From an uncultured bacterium (GTDB lineage: Bacteria > Auribacterota > Erginobacteria > Erginobacterales > Erginobacteraceae), in the NCBI GenBank assembly GCA_963822585.1, contig CAWGIE010000040.1, forward strand, positions 1-41,496: a DNA stretch of 41,496 nucleotides. The letters run 5' to 3'. Of the stretch, positions 26,469 through 35,831 are shown piece after piece. A program made the translations under genes and the position numbers. The notes under the pieces are model-generated. The model searched no databases. It saw only the letters and a list, made by a program, of their open reading frames with translations, and had not been told where the DNA came from. Each line of letters opens with the position of its first letter. The first letter of the stretch is position 1.

Positions 26469-29168
26469 ATGAAAACAATCCGATCTGATCGCTTGATCAT
26501 TTTGGGCATATTTGTAATCGCCCTTATTCTCCGGCTGCTATTTATGAGCGGTCGGCCTCTGCCTCCCCTGAAATGGGACTCAGTCGGTTATTGGTCCCGG
26601 GCCGGCGACCTTGCCGGACCGATTAATTCCTGGGCGGAAGGCAAAGAAATAGCAGCTCGCCTGGCCAAGCGAGGTCCGGTCTATCCGGCCTTTCTCAGCC
26701 TTTTCAGACAACTCCCGGCCAGGCAACTGGCCGTCGCCCGGGCGGGACAAGCCGTTCTGGATGCCCTGGTATGCGCGGCTCTGTATATCCTGGGGGTATA
26801 TTTCGGATCACGCTTGACCGGTCTGATTGCCGGACTGCTGGCGGCGGTCTATACCCCGCTTATCTTCTCATCCTCCAACATTATGCAGGAATGCCTGACC
26901 GGTTTTCTGGTGATGCTTATCATCCTGCTCTTAATAAAAGCTACGATCAGGTACTCTCCAGGGCGGCTGTTTCTGTCCGGACTATTGGTTGCCGCCCTGA
27001 TGCTCTGCCGGCGGATGATGCTCTACCTCCCCCTATTTCTCATAATTCCGGTAATCATCGCCACCTGGCATCAGAAAAAAAGAATTATGAGTTTTATCGG
27101 CTTTGTCGGCGGAATCGCCGCCGGCATCTTGCCCTGGCTAATTTTTATCACGGTGATCCCCCCCCGGTATCCCTCCGATGTGATCTTTGGATATGGGGAT
27201 TATCCCTGGGCCATAAATTTTTTAGAGACCGACGGCTGGGCCCCCGATATTGCCGACTACACCGAACTCGCTCCTCGGGACAGCCGGATCCAACGGGAAA
27301 GCGCGGGCACCTACTCCCCGGAAGAACGGATCTCGATGCTCTATCGTACCATTCGTTATCAACCGAAACGCCTGCTCGCCGTTTTTCTTAAGAATATGAT
27401 CCGGCAGTGGAGTTATCCTTATATCGCCTACTGGCCTCCCCTCATTCTTTCCGATCTTCAACTCTTCTGGGTTCAACGAACACTGCTGGTCCTGGCTCTT
27501 ATCGGCCTGCCGCTATCCTTTATCTCCTGGAGAAAAGCCCTCATCATTATGGCCTTTTTAGCCTACTGCTCGGTTCTGGTTCCCCTTGTCATCGTGGAAC
27601 CACGGCTCACACTTCCCGTCATGCCTCTGGTCCTCTTTCTGGCCGCCTTCGCGCTCAGCTCGATGGGGGCGGCCCTCTATCAGACCATATCCCGCCAGAG
27701 ATTCCCGATTCTGCTGGCTCCGGCGGCAATCGTCGCCGGGGGCTCGATTCTGCTGGCCGGCGCGACCCTGCCCATTCTATCCGGAATCTTCCCCGGGACC
27801 GGAATAGATCTTCTGCGCGCGGTGAGAATTACCCTGATCAACCTCTGGCTGATCGGGCTGCTCTGGTTTCTCTATCGGTTGATCTCCATCGGATCGGGAA
27901 AATCCCGCGGCCGCGCCACCGCAGTATTTTTCGCGCTGGCAATGGGAGGAGTGATTAATTTTTCCGCCCTGACGGATACTCGATGGACATCCTGGATCTG
28001 CCGCTTGGAATCCCCCACGGAAACGGCGAGTCAGGAGTTTCTCCTCCCTGCAAATTTTAATCTGCCTGACTTCTTTCAGCCCTCATTATTCATCGACATG
28101 CAGAAGGACCCGGGTTTGAGCGTACCCGTCACAGTAACCGCCGATGGCAGGGAACTGCCCGTCTCATTTCGCCCTCGATCGGATCAGGTGATGCTCCCTA
28201 TTTATGCGACCGGAGCGGCCTGGCGGGGAATTTCCCTGGAGAATGTACGTCAGTGGGTCGCTATCCCCCTCGACATCGCTCTGTTGCAAGATCGGCGGCT
28301 GACGGTCGCTGTTTCCCTGAAAGAAGATCCCGGCGGAGACCGAGACTATTTGAGTATCTGGGGTGATTACCAGTCATATCCTGGAGATCGAAATTTCCTG
28401 GGACCAGGCCTGCCCGGATCCAGCGGCCGGGAACATCTGGTCTCCGTCTATAAATGGATGACTGATTGGGATAAGCGCATCGATCGCAGAATGGAACTGA
28501 AGGATGCTCAGGTTATCAGTCGATTTCTCAAGGCCGGCCGGCCATTTATGGATCTCTCCCCGGATCGGGGCCTCCAGACCGGCTCGTACCGGATCCGCCT
28601 GATGATCCGCCGGCTCCCGCGGATCATCTTATCGAACTTCAACCGGGAGGGACCGGTCAATTACCTGCGGGGAGTTGCCCATGTCATTGCCGCCCCGGAA
28701 AAAAACCGGCGGTCCTACCCGGACTTCCTCCATCCCCACTCCCGGACCGGAACCGCTTATCTGCTCCCAGCATCATCTTCCGCGGAACTGACCTGGGTGA
28801 CGGATGACTGCCCCGACCGGAAAAGAACAATCCTGGAGTTCGTCGGCAATGTCAGCCGAATTCCCGGGGAGGTGGAACTTATGGTTAACAATCAACCGGT
28901 CCTGACCTTTCAAACCGATACCTCTGAAGATACCATCTGGCGGGGGGGAGGCTGTGAACTCCTCTTTCAAATGAAACAGGCATTCCAGAGCGTAAAAACG
29001 CACCGAAACTGCTACAGCGGCATTTATTTTTTAAGTGTTCCCGCCGACCTCATTACCGAAGGCCGGCCGATCAGGATCAGTGCCCGCTTCTTAAGGGGCG
29101 ACCCGGAAAGCTGGTTTCTGATCAAAGACTATGCTCCGACCACCAGAATAGAATATCTTTATTTTTAG
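26469..29168 (+). CDS. Large GT-C glycosyltransferase with extended C-terminal extracytoplasmic domain
   Basis: ALILRL..WDSVGY, RGPVYPAFL, QAVLD, MQECL, EPRLTLP, then a beta-rich C-terminus. Confidence 0.8.
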   Translation: MKTIRSDRLIILGIFVIALILRLLFMSGRPLPPLKWDSVGYWSRAGDLAGPINSWAEGKEIAARLAKRGPVYPAFLSLFRQLPARQLAVARAGQAVLDALVCAALYILGVYFGSRLTGLIAGLLAAVYTPLIFSSSNIMQECLTGFLVMLIILLLIKATIRYSPGRLFLSGLLVAALMLCRRMMLYLPLFLIIPVIIATWHQKKRIMSFIGFVGGIAAGILPWLIFITVIPPRYPSDVIFGYGDYPWAINFLETDGWAPDIADYTELAPRDSRIQRESAGTYSPEERISMLYRTIRYQPKRLLAVFLKNMIRQWSYPYIAYWPPLILSDLQLFWVQRTLLVLALIGLPLSFISWRKALIIMAFLAYCSVLVPLVIVEPRLTLPVMPLVLFLAAFALSSMGAALYQTISRQRFPILLAPAAIVAGGSILLAGATLPILSGIFPGTGIDLLRAVRITLINLWLIGLLWFLYRLISIGSGKSRGRATAVFFALAMGGVINFSALTDTRWTSWICRLESPTETASQEFLLPANFNLPDFFQPSLFIDMQKDPGLSVPVTVTADGRELPVSFRPRSDQVMLPIYATGAAWRGISLENVRQWVAIPLDIALLQDRRLTVAVSLKEDPGGDRDYLSIWGDYQSYPGDRNFLGPGLPGSSGREHLVSVYKWMTDWDKRIDRRMELKDAQVISRFLKAGRPFMDLSPDRGLQTGSYRIRLMIRRLPRIILSNFNREGPVNYLRGVAHVIAAPEKNRRSYPDFLHPHSRTGTAYLLPASSSAELTWVTDDCPDRKRTILEFVGNVSRIPGEVELMVNNQPVLTFQTDTSEDTIWRGGGCELLFQMKQAFQSVKTHRNCYSGIYFLSVPADLITEGRPIRISARFLRGDPESWFLIKDYAPTTRIEYLYF

Positions 29169-29212
29169 TTCGATTATAATCCGGTTCATTAATAAAGAAC
29201 GATTGATGCGTT

Positions 29213-30343
29213 ATGGGACCACTCTTCAACTGGATCATAGATAATGTCCTTTCGGCCAGCTTCCGGTTTCTGGAACTGCCTTTTCTGATTCTGCTCCCGG
29301 CTCTGGTGGGGATTTACCTTGCCTTGAGCGGGCTGGCTTTCTGGTTATTAAAGCGAACCGGCAAACCAATCTCGACCAGGCTGGTTAAATATGGGGGGCT
29401 GCTGCTGGTGCTGCTTATCGCTTCCCTGATGGCTGATTATAAGATAGCGGGGAGATTTAAAGAACGGGAACAAGATCTGTCCCGGAAGACCAATCTGTAT
29501 GGACTTATCAAGAACATGGTGCGGATTAAACGAAGTCATTTCCTGGAAGATTACAGCCGACTGGACGAAAAGGTGAACAGGCTTTTCGGGGAGAACCGGA
29601 TGGTCCCTCTGGTCTATGATGAATCAACCGACATTATATTTCTAAACATAACCGCGCCAAAATCCCAGATTTTCATAGCCATTATCGATCTCAATTACCC
29701 GGGGTTGCGGATCGTGGTTGATCCGGAGATCAGAGGGAAATGGCTGACCAGCCGGTTCAGCCGTCAAAATGATTGTATCGTCGCCATTAATGGAGAAGCG
29801 GGACGGTCCGCCCGACTGGACAGCGGATTGGGCAAATGGACCGGGAATCTGATCTGTAACGGAACGCCGGTGCTGCTGCAGGACAACGGGCACCGACCGT
29901 TTTTGTCTTTTGACAAAGGTAATCATGCCCGTTTCTACCGATCGCAGGTTATCGACACCACGGTAACTCCGGAGAAGTACAATACAATCTGGGGAAGAAT
30001 AGATATATTAATTGACGGAAAGGTTGTTCCCCCCCGGCATGTATGGAATCTTCGATGGCCATCAACCTCAATGTCCATTAACGACTCGGGGAACCGTCTC
30101 TACCTGGTGGTCGTGGACGGAAGGAGACCTGATTACAGTATTGGATTAAACCTGGAGGAACTGGGTACATTACACCGGGCGCTGGGCGCTTACAACGGCA
30201 TGGCCTGCGATGGAGGGGGGTCGGCGTGCATGGATCTGAGTAAATTCGGGGGGATTATTAATTTCCCTGCCGACTTTCAGGAACGGCCGACCTATACTCA
30301 TTTTGGAATAAAAATAAACCAACACGAGAATAACAGCCAATGA
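29213..30343 (+). CDS. Phosphodiester glycosidase (NAGPA/DUF2233) family membrane protein
   Basis: Two N-terminal TM segments; VAINGE, LVVVDGR..YSIG, ALGAYNGMACDGGGS, FQERP. Confidence 0.8.
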   Translation: MGPLFNWIIDNVLSASFRFLELPFLILLPALVGIYLALSGLAFWLLKRTGKPISTRLVKYGGLLLVLLIASLMADYKIAGRFKEREQDLSRKTNLYGLIKNMVRIKRSHFLEDYSRLDEKVNRLFGENRMVPLVYDESTDIIFLNITAPKSQIFIAIIDLNYPGLRIVVDPEIRGKWLTSRFSRQNDCIVAINGEAGRSARLDSGLGKWTGNLICNGTPVLLQDNGHRPFLSFDKGNHARFYRSQVIDTTVTPEKYNTIWGRIDILIDGKVVPPRHVWNLRWPSTSMSINDSGNRLYLVVVDGRRPDYSIGLNLEELGTLHRALGAYNGMACDGGGSACMDLSKFGGIINFPADFQERPTYTHFGIKINQHENNSQ

Positions 30344-31290
30344 ATCTATCCGTAGTCGTTCCCATCTATAATAGCGCCGATGCTCTGGATGAACTGGTCC
30401 GGCGGCTGGAACCGGTCTTATCTGTTGCGGCCGAACAGTTTGAACTCATTTTAGTCAATGACGGCAGCCGGGATGAAAGCTGGGAGACTATCCGCCGACT
30501 GGCGCGGCGAAATCCCTGGATCCGGGGCATCAGCCTGATGCGGAACTATGGACAGCACAATGCCCTGCTCCAGGGGATACTGAAAGCCCGGCATGAAGTA
30601 ATCGTAACGATCGATGATGATCTCCAAAACCCGCCGGAAGAAATACCGAAACTCCTCTCCCGATTAGAAGCCGGCTATGATGTCGTTTACGGCACCCCGG
30701 GGAAAAAACAGCATCAGCTCGGACGACGGGTTGGTTCATCCTTTATCCGGCTGCTGCTCCGGCCCGCGGTGGGAAAGGAGATCGCTCACAATATCAGCGC
30801 GTTCCGGGCCATCCGCAGCCAGGTCCTACCGGCTTTGGCCAGCTTTCGAGGCCCGTTTGTCCTGGTCGATGTCCCCCTGACCTGGGCAACCACCCGGTTC
30901 TCAGCGGTGACTGTTCGGCATGATCCCCGTCGGAACAAAGGGTCAAATTATAGCTTTCGGAAACTCCTCATTCAGGCTTTCAACACCCTGACCGGCTTCA
31001 GTGTTCTCCCCTTAAAGCTGACCAGTATCATCGGCTTTGCCCTGACCATCTTCGGCATGGGGGTACTGATCTACGTCATCGGCCGGTATCTGATCCTGGG
31101 ATACAGCTCACCCGGATTTCCCTTCCTGGCTTCCGTTATTGCTATTTTTTCCGGGGCCCAGCTGCTGGTACTGGGGATTATCGGCGAGTATCTGGGACGC
31201 CTCTATTTCCGCAATATCGGGGTACCCAGCGGTCTGATTCGGGAAACGACCGACAATCTCGCGCCCCACGAGCGGCACGAACCGGCATGA
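30340..31290 (+). CDS. GT2 polyprenol-phosphate glycosyltransferase (GtrB/ArnC-like)
   Basis: VVVPIYN, VNDGSRD, RNYGQHNA, IDDDLQNPPE, SNYSFRKL, two C-terminal TM segments, GEYLGR. Confidence 0.92.
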   Translation: MNLSVVVPIYNSADALDELVRRLEPVLSVAAEQFELILVNDGSRDESWETIRRLARRNPWIRGISLMRNYGQHNALLQGILKARHEVIVTIDDDLQNPPEEIPKLLSRLEAGYDVVYGTPGKKQHQLGRRVGSSFIRLLLRPAVGKEIAHNISAFRAIRSQVLPALASFRGPFVLVDVPLTWATTRFSAVTVRHDPRRNKGSNYSFRKLLIQAFNTLTGFSVLPLKLTSIIGFALTIFGMGVLIYVIGRYLILGYSSPGFPFLASVIAIFSGAQLLVLGIIGEYLGRLYFRNIGVPSGLIRETTDNLAPHERHEPA

Positions 31291-31353
31291 TCCCCCAGGA
31301 TTACGGCCGGGGGATACCAGCCACCGCCCCGTAAAATTTTTCTGACTGAAGAC

Positions 31354-31396
31354 AAAGCCGCTCCCCCGGACCATCGAACTCCGGCGGAGCGGCTTT
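31354..31396. terminator. Probable bidirectional terminator between convergent genes
   Basis: aaagccgctcc-c-ccgga [9 nt loop] tccgg-c-ggagcggcttt. Confidence 0.65.
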
Positions 31397-31435
31397 ATTA
31401 TCCTTCGACAAACGAGAGACAGATCTTCCGGTCTG

Positions 31436-33013
31436 TCACTCAGAAGAGGAAGAAGGGTTTATCGCCAGTGTTGAAACCGGAATATCACCAGCCCGGCCAA
31501 AATATAACCGGGAGACGTGCCTGATCGCCCATAATCCGGCGGTATCCCGGAAGATAGCGGCGTCGTCCGTTCCGTCACCAAGATAATCACCGACCACCGG
31601 CTGATCGCCACTGGCGCCAAAGTAAGCTCTGCCGGTCCACTGCACCGCCCAGAGGCCGGTAGAAGGCCGGAAGATTCCCAGTTCCTTCATCCCCGGTGCC
31701 CCGTCCCAGTCAGCTGGAATCGGATAGTCTCCAGCGCGGCCATAGTAGTTACTCAGGACAGCCCCGGACAACTTGATCAACCACTCACCGGTAGAGGGAC
31801 GAAAGATCGCCATCAACTTATTCGGTTCGGGATAACCGTACGTCGGCACCGGCAGATCTCCATCCCTGCCGAAGTATACTCTGGTGACACCTCTCACGGC
31901 CCACAATCCTACATTCTCCCGAAAAATTCCCATATCGCAGAAGCCATCCCCATTGTAGTCTCCGGGAACGGGGATATCACCTTCAGATCCAAAGTACGCG
32001 CGGGTAATTCCTTTAATCGCCCACAGCCCTGATTCTTTCCGGAAGAAGCTCGGGTCGGTGGTGCCGTCGCCATTGTAATCACCGGAGACCGGAATATCTC
32101 CTTCAGCCCCAAAATAGACGCGAGTGATACCTCTTACCGCCCACAGTCCACTCGCACCACGAAAGACGGCGACATCCGATCGGCCATCGCCGTTATAATC
32201 AGCGGAGTCCAGAACTTTATATCCCACCGGTGTTGTGGCCGGCAACGGAGGAGAAGGCGACGGGCCCGGATGGTACCCGATATCCACCTTGTAAATGGCG
32301 GAACCCTGCCCCCCTCTCACCCAGAGAAAACCATCTTCATCAACACAAATTCCTCCCGCATCATGCTCGTAGGCGCTCTCCGGCATCTTCATAAAAATTC
32401 CCGTCTGGGACCCATCCATGTTGCACTCGATCAGATAAGCATCGCGTTGATTCTCCAGACTCTCGATAATCCAGAATTTATCACCCACCCGAACAATACC
32501 CTTGGCGGGGAAATCCAGAGAAATTGTCTGCTCTACCTGATGGGGCGGTTCCGGGTTGACCTTAAGAATCCCCTTTTTTTCATCGACAATCCACAACCGG
32601 TCAATTGTTTTGTCATAGAAAATACCCCAGCGATAATCCCCTCCGTTGCCGATCTGAGCCTGGAAGGCGCCCCCCGCCGCTGGAATGGCGTAAAATGCTG
32701 TCCCATAATAGCGGAACCAGAGCCAGTCCCGTTTGGAATCGTAGGTCATTCCCTGGATCCCGATCGGCCAGCCGTTGCTGGGAACGGTCACGTGCCCTTC
32801 TACAGCCCCATTGATGGGATTACGAATTGAGATGATCGGATCCCGGGAGCCCCCCTCATAAATCTTCCCTTCTCGCCAGGCCACCCCTCCGCCATATCCA
32901 CTACAGTCAATCCAGATCTCATCGACAATTACCGGTTGCTGCTGTGCCAGAGATGCCGTTGAACCAGCCGCCACCAGAATAAAAAATCCTACAAGGCATA
33001 CCATCTTTTTCAC
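31436..33013 (-). CDS. Secreted protein: beta-propeller-like N-domain, Pro/Thr linker and six-repeat module
   Basis: GTG start with AAGGAGA RBS; signal peptide ending SLA-Q; linker PGPSPSPPLPATTP; six repeats; ends LAINPSSSSE. Confidence 0.85.
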   Translation of the reverse strand: MKKMVCLVGFFILVAAGSTASLAQQQPVIVDEIWIDCSGYGGGVAWREGKIYEGGSRDPIISIRNPINGAVEGHVTVPSNGWPIGIQGMTYDSKRDWLWFRYYGTAFYAIPAAGGAFQAQIGNGGDYRWGIFYDKTIDRLWIVDEKKGILKVNPEPPHQVEQTISLDFPAKGIVRVGDKFWIIESLENQRDAYLIECNMDGSQTGIFMKMPESAYEHDAGGICVDEDGFLWVRGGQGSAIYKVDIGYHPGPSPSPPLPATTPVGYKVLDSADYNGDGRSDVAVFRGASGLWAVRGITRVYFGAEGDIPVSGDYNGDGTTDPSFFRKESGLWAIKGITRAYFGSEGDIPVPGDYNGDGFCDMGIFRENVGLWAVRGVTRVYFGRDGDLPVPTYGYPEPNKLMAIFRPSTGEWLIKLSGAVLSNYYGRAGDYPIPADWDGAPGMKELGIFRPSTGLWAVQWTGRAYFGASGDQPVVGDYLGDGTDDAAIFRDTAGLWAIRHVSRLYFGRAGDIPVSTLAINPSSSSE

Positions 33014-33227
33014 TCTTGTATCTCCTTCTCAAATGGTTATGGACCGGAAACGGCCTGCCGATATGCAGGATAACCGATCTTATCGGTCCATTTTCCCGGT
33101 CGTTTCCACAACCACCGGGAGTCAAGCCAGCTTCACCCCTTCATCTAACTTCAGATCCGGGTGATCAGGCTGTTTATGTAAAAATAAACCCCATAAGCCA
33201 CAGTTTATTTGGAAAAAGGAGCTGAGG

Positions 33228-33281
33228 AACTAAGAAACTAAGAAACTAAGAAACTAAGAAACTAAGAAACTAAGAAACTAA
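33228..33281. repeat. Perfect octamer tandem repeat (AACTAAGA)x6 plus AACTAA
   Basis: Read directly; preceded by a degenerate unit agctgagg. Confidence 0.95.
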
Positions 33282-33335
33282 CCTGCTATTACAATATTGT
33301 CAAGAAAATATATATGCCGGATTGAGGAAAGTCAA
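33275..33335 (-). promoter_or_regulatory. Two tandem candidate sigma70 promoters for the 33013 gene
   Basis: TTGACT-N17-TATATT (33335-33307) and TTGACA-N17-TAGTTT (33303-33275). Confidence 0.55.
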
Positions 33336-33366
33336 TGAATTTATCAATATTTTTATTCGTTCATTC

Positions 33367-33395
33367 TTGCCTGCGATGCGATGGAGCGGTATTAT
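33367..33395 (+). promoter_or_regulatory. Candidate sigma70 promoter for the GNAT gene
   Basis: TTGCCT-N17-TATTAT. Confidence 0.45.
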
Positions 33396-33444
33396 TCCAA
33401 TAATTACCATTGTCACATTATCGGGATAGAATTCAAAAAACTGA

Positions 33445-34197
33445 ATGGCCATGAATTCTCAAGAACCGCTTGTCTGTCTTTCTCCGGTTGATCAGGATCG
33501 ATTCGGCATCCGAACCGCCCGGGCGGAACAGATAACCATTGTTACCCTTCCCCGGGTCATGGAATTCTGCCGGAGAGAAAAAGTAACGCTGTTAATTACC
33601 CGATGCCCAACCACCGATATCCGTGTCGCTCAGGCTCTGGAAAAAGAAGGATCTCTCCTCACCGACACCTTGATTCTCTATCGCCGCAATCTGATCAGAC
33701 CTCCTATCCCGGAGATCTCGGGAAAGTTCATCATCCGGATGATGAAGGTCGGGGAAGAGGATACGGTAAAGACGGTGGCGGAGAAAGCTTTTCATGATTA
33801 CGGGGGGCATTACCAGGCGGATGAACGATTGGCCAAAATTGGAAGCGGCGAAATTTATTCATCCTGGGCCTATAACACTGCCCTCTCCCGGGATCATGAC
33901 CACGATGTCGTGGTGGCGGAACAGAACGGGGAGATCATCGGCTTTACCCTGATCCGGATGAACAATCCGGCGGAGGGGGAAGGGATTCTGGAAGGAGTTT
34001 CTCCTTCAATCGGAAAACGAAGTCTTGTTCAGCGCGATATGGCGCTCGGAGCTAAAAACTGGGCCCGATCCCGGGGAGCGGTCCGTTTTCTGGCTTCAGT
34101 ACTGCTCACCAATACCGTAATGCAGAAAATTATCAGCCGGATGGGATATGAACCATACCGGTCATCCTACACTTTTCACAAGTGGTTCACACCTTAG
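33445..34197 (+). CDS. GNAT acetyltransferase, RffC/WecD-like (dTDP-fucosamine acetyltransferase family)
   Basis: SPVDQDRFGI, GHYQADERL, IYSSWA, GEIIGF, TNTVMQK...RMGY, TFHKW; lies upstream of rffA. Confidence 0.75.
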   Translation: MAMNSQEPLVCLSPVDQDRFGIRTARAEQITIVTLPRVMEFCRREKVTLLITRCPTTDIRVAQALEKEGSLLTDTLILYRRNLIRPPIPEISGKFIIRMMKVGEEDTVKTVAEKAFHDYGGHYQADERLAKIGSGEIYSSWAYNTALSRDHDHDVVVAEQNGEIIGFTLIRMNNPAEGEGILEGVSPSIGKRSLVQRDMALGAKNWARSRGAVRFLASVLLTNTVMQKIISRMGYEPYRSSYTFHKWFTP

Positions 34198-34255
34198 CTC
34201 TCTTCGGTCGCTCTTTTATCCGGCGCCGGCTTTGTTGGAGCCGCATTATACGCTT

Positions 34256-34283
34256 TAACCCGATTTATTCATAAATCGGGTTA
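34256..34283. repeat. Perfect 13-bp inverted repeat
   Basis: taacccgatttat-tc-ataaatcgggtta. Confidence 0.85.
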
Positions 34284-34491
34284 GTTTTGAACAATGACAA
34301 AGATTGAATGAACAGCTATGCGGAAAGATATTTATTTTATCAAATTATCCGGCAATGAATTACAGCCAAAGGTCCATTTCTGCCATCAGTGTTAACAGGA
34401 AGGATAACACGTTGTCCTTCAGGAAAAGAAAAAGCAGAGTGCTGTAGACGCACAAGCAAGATTACAATTTATAATACATTGAACGGCAATT

Positions 34492-34546
34492 ATTAACCTG
34501 GATTATTCATGAAAATTTTCAATTTTCATGAATAATCCGGGTTAAT
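34492..34546. repeat. 26-bp inverted repeat with one mismatch and a 3-nt loop
   Basis: attaacctggattattcatgaaaatt-ttc-aattttcatgaataatccgggttaat. Confidence 0.9.
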
Positions 34547-34576
34547 CAGCTGAAATCTTCTCGGATAACGATAACT

Positions 34577-35728
34577 ATGAGTATTGAACGGCCACCGGAT
34601 TTCATCCCCTTTAACCGGCCGCACCTGGCGGGCGATGAATTCACATACATCTCCCGGGCATTGGCTTCCGGTCACATCTCCGGCAACGGACCTTTCTCCC
34701 TTCAATGTGAGAAGATTCTGGAAGAGGAACTGGGCGCGCCCCGGGTTCTCCTCACCACCTCCTGTACCCACGCTCTGGAGATGACGGCCCTCCTCCTGGA
34801 TATACAGCCGGGAGACGAAGTAATAGTTCCTTCCTTCACCTTCGTTTCAACTGTCAATGCCTTTGTCCTGCGGGGGGGGCGCCCCGTATTCATTGACATC
34901 CGTCCGGATACACTCAATCTGGACGAATCACGACTGGAGGGTTTAATCACCTCCCGCACCCGGGTAATCGTCCCGGTCCATTACGGCGGGGTGGGATGTG
35001 AACTGGACAGCATTATGCGGCTGGCTCGAAGAAAGGGGATCGCGATCGTGGAGGACAATGCCCATGGACTTTTCGGCAGATACCGGGGCCGCCCCCTCGG
35101 CACCTTCGGGGAACTGGCGGCCTTGAGCTTCCACGAAACCAAAAACTTTATCTGCGGGGAAGGCGGAGCGCTGATAATTAACAATCCAGAGTACATTAAA
35201 CGAGCCGAGATTATTCGGGAGAAAGGTACCAACCGGAGCCAGCTCTTCCGGGGAGATGTCGATAAGTACACCTGGATGGACCTGGGATCCAGCTATGTCC
35301 TCTCTGACCTGCTGGCCGCTTTTCTGCTTGCCCAGCTGGAAAAGCGGGAAGAAATCCAGGCCCGGCGACAGCTAATCTGGGAATATTACCGTCGCAATAT
35401 AACCACGTGGGGAGAAAAACACGGTGTCCGGCTCCCTTTCATCCCCCCTTATCGCGATCAGGCTTATCATATGTTTTATCTGATTTTACCCTCGCTCAAG
35501 GCCCGCCAAAGATTTATCACGCACCTTCGGGCCCGTCATGTCTACAGCGTCTTCCACTACCTCCCGCTTCACCTCTCCATCATGGGTCGGAGGATGGGGG
35601 GAAAGCCGGGTGATTGTCCCGTGACCGAAGACCTGAGTGACCGGCTGGTCCGTCTGCCCTTCTTCCACGATCTCTCCGACTCCGAATTAGCGCGGATTAT
35701 TGAAGCAGTTACTTCTTTTATCCCTTGA
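34577..35728 (+). CDS. rffA: dTDP-4-amino-4,6-dideoxygalactose transaminase
   Basis: IPFNRP, SGNGPF, TTSCTHALEM, SFHETKN, REKGTNRS.LFRG.VDKYTW, GSSY, VFHYLPLH are RffA/WecE signatures. Confidence 0.92.
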   Translation: MSIERPPDFIPFNRPHLAGDEFTYISRALASGHISGNGPFSLQCEKILEEELGAPRVLLTTSCTHALEMTALLLDIQPGDEVIVPSFTFVSTVNAFVLRGGRPVFIDIRPDTLNLDESRLEGLITSRTRVIVPVHYGGVGCELDSIMRLARRKGIAIVEDNAHGLFGRYRGRPLGTFGELAALSFHETKNFICGEGGALIINNPEYIKRAEIIREKGTNRSQLFRGDVDKYTWMDLGSSYVLSDLLAAFLLAQLEKREEIQARRQLIWEYYRRNITTWGEKHGVRLPFIPPYRDQAYHMFYLILPSLKARQRFITHLRARHVYSVFHYLPLHLSIMGRRMGGKPGDCPVTEDLSDRLVRLPFFHDLSDSELARIIEAVTSFIP

Positions 35729-35831
35729 TCAGCCCGCGCCTCTCCCCGCACCGGAAGCGCGTAACCGGACACTCTGCCCGACCGGAGAGCTCTTTATGAT
35801 AATGAATTTTCGTAACACTTTCGCCCTTTCC

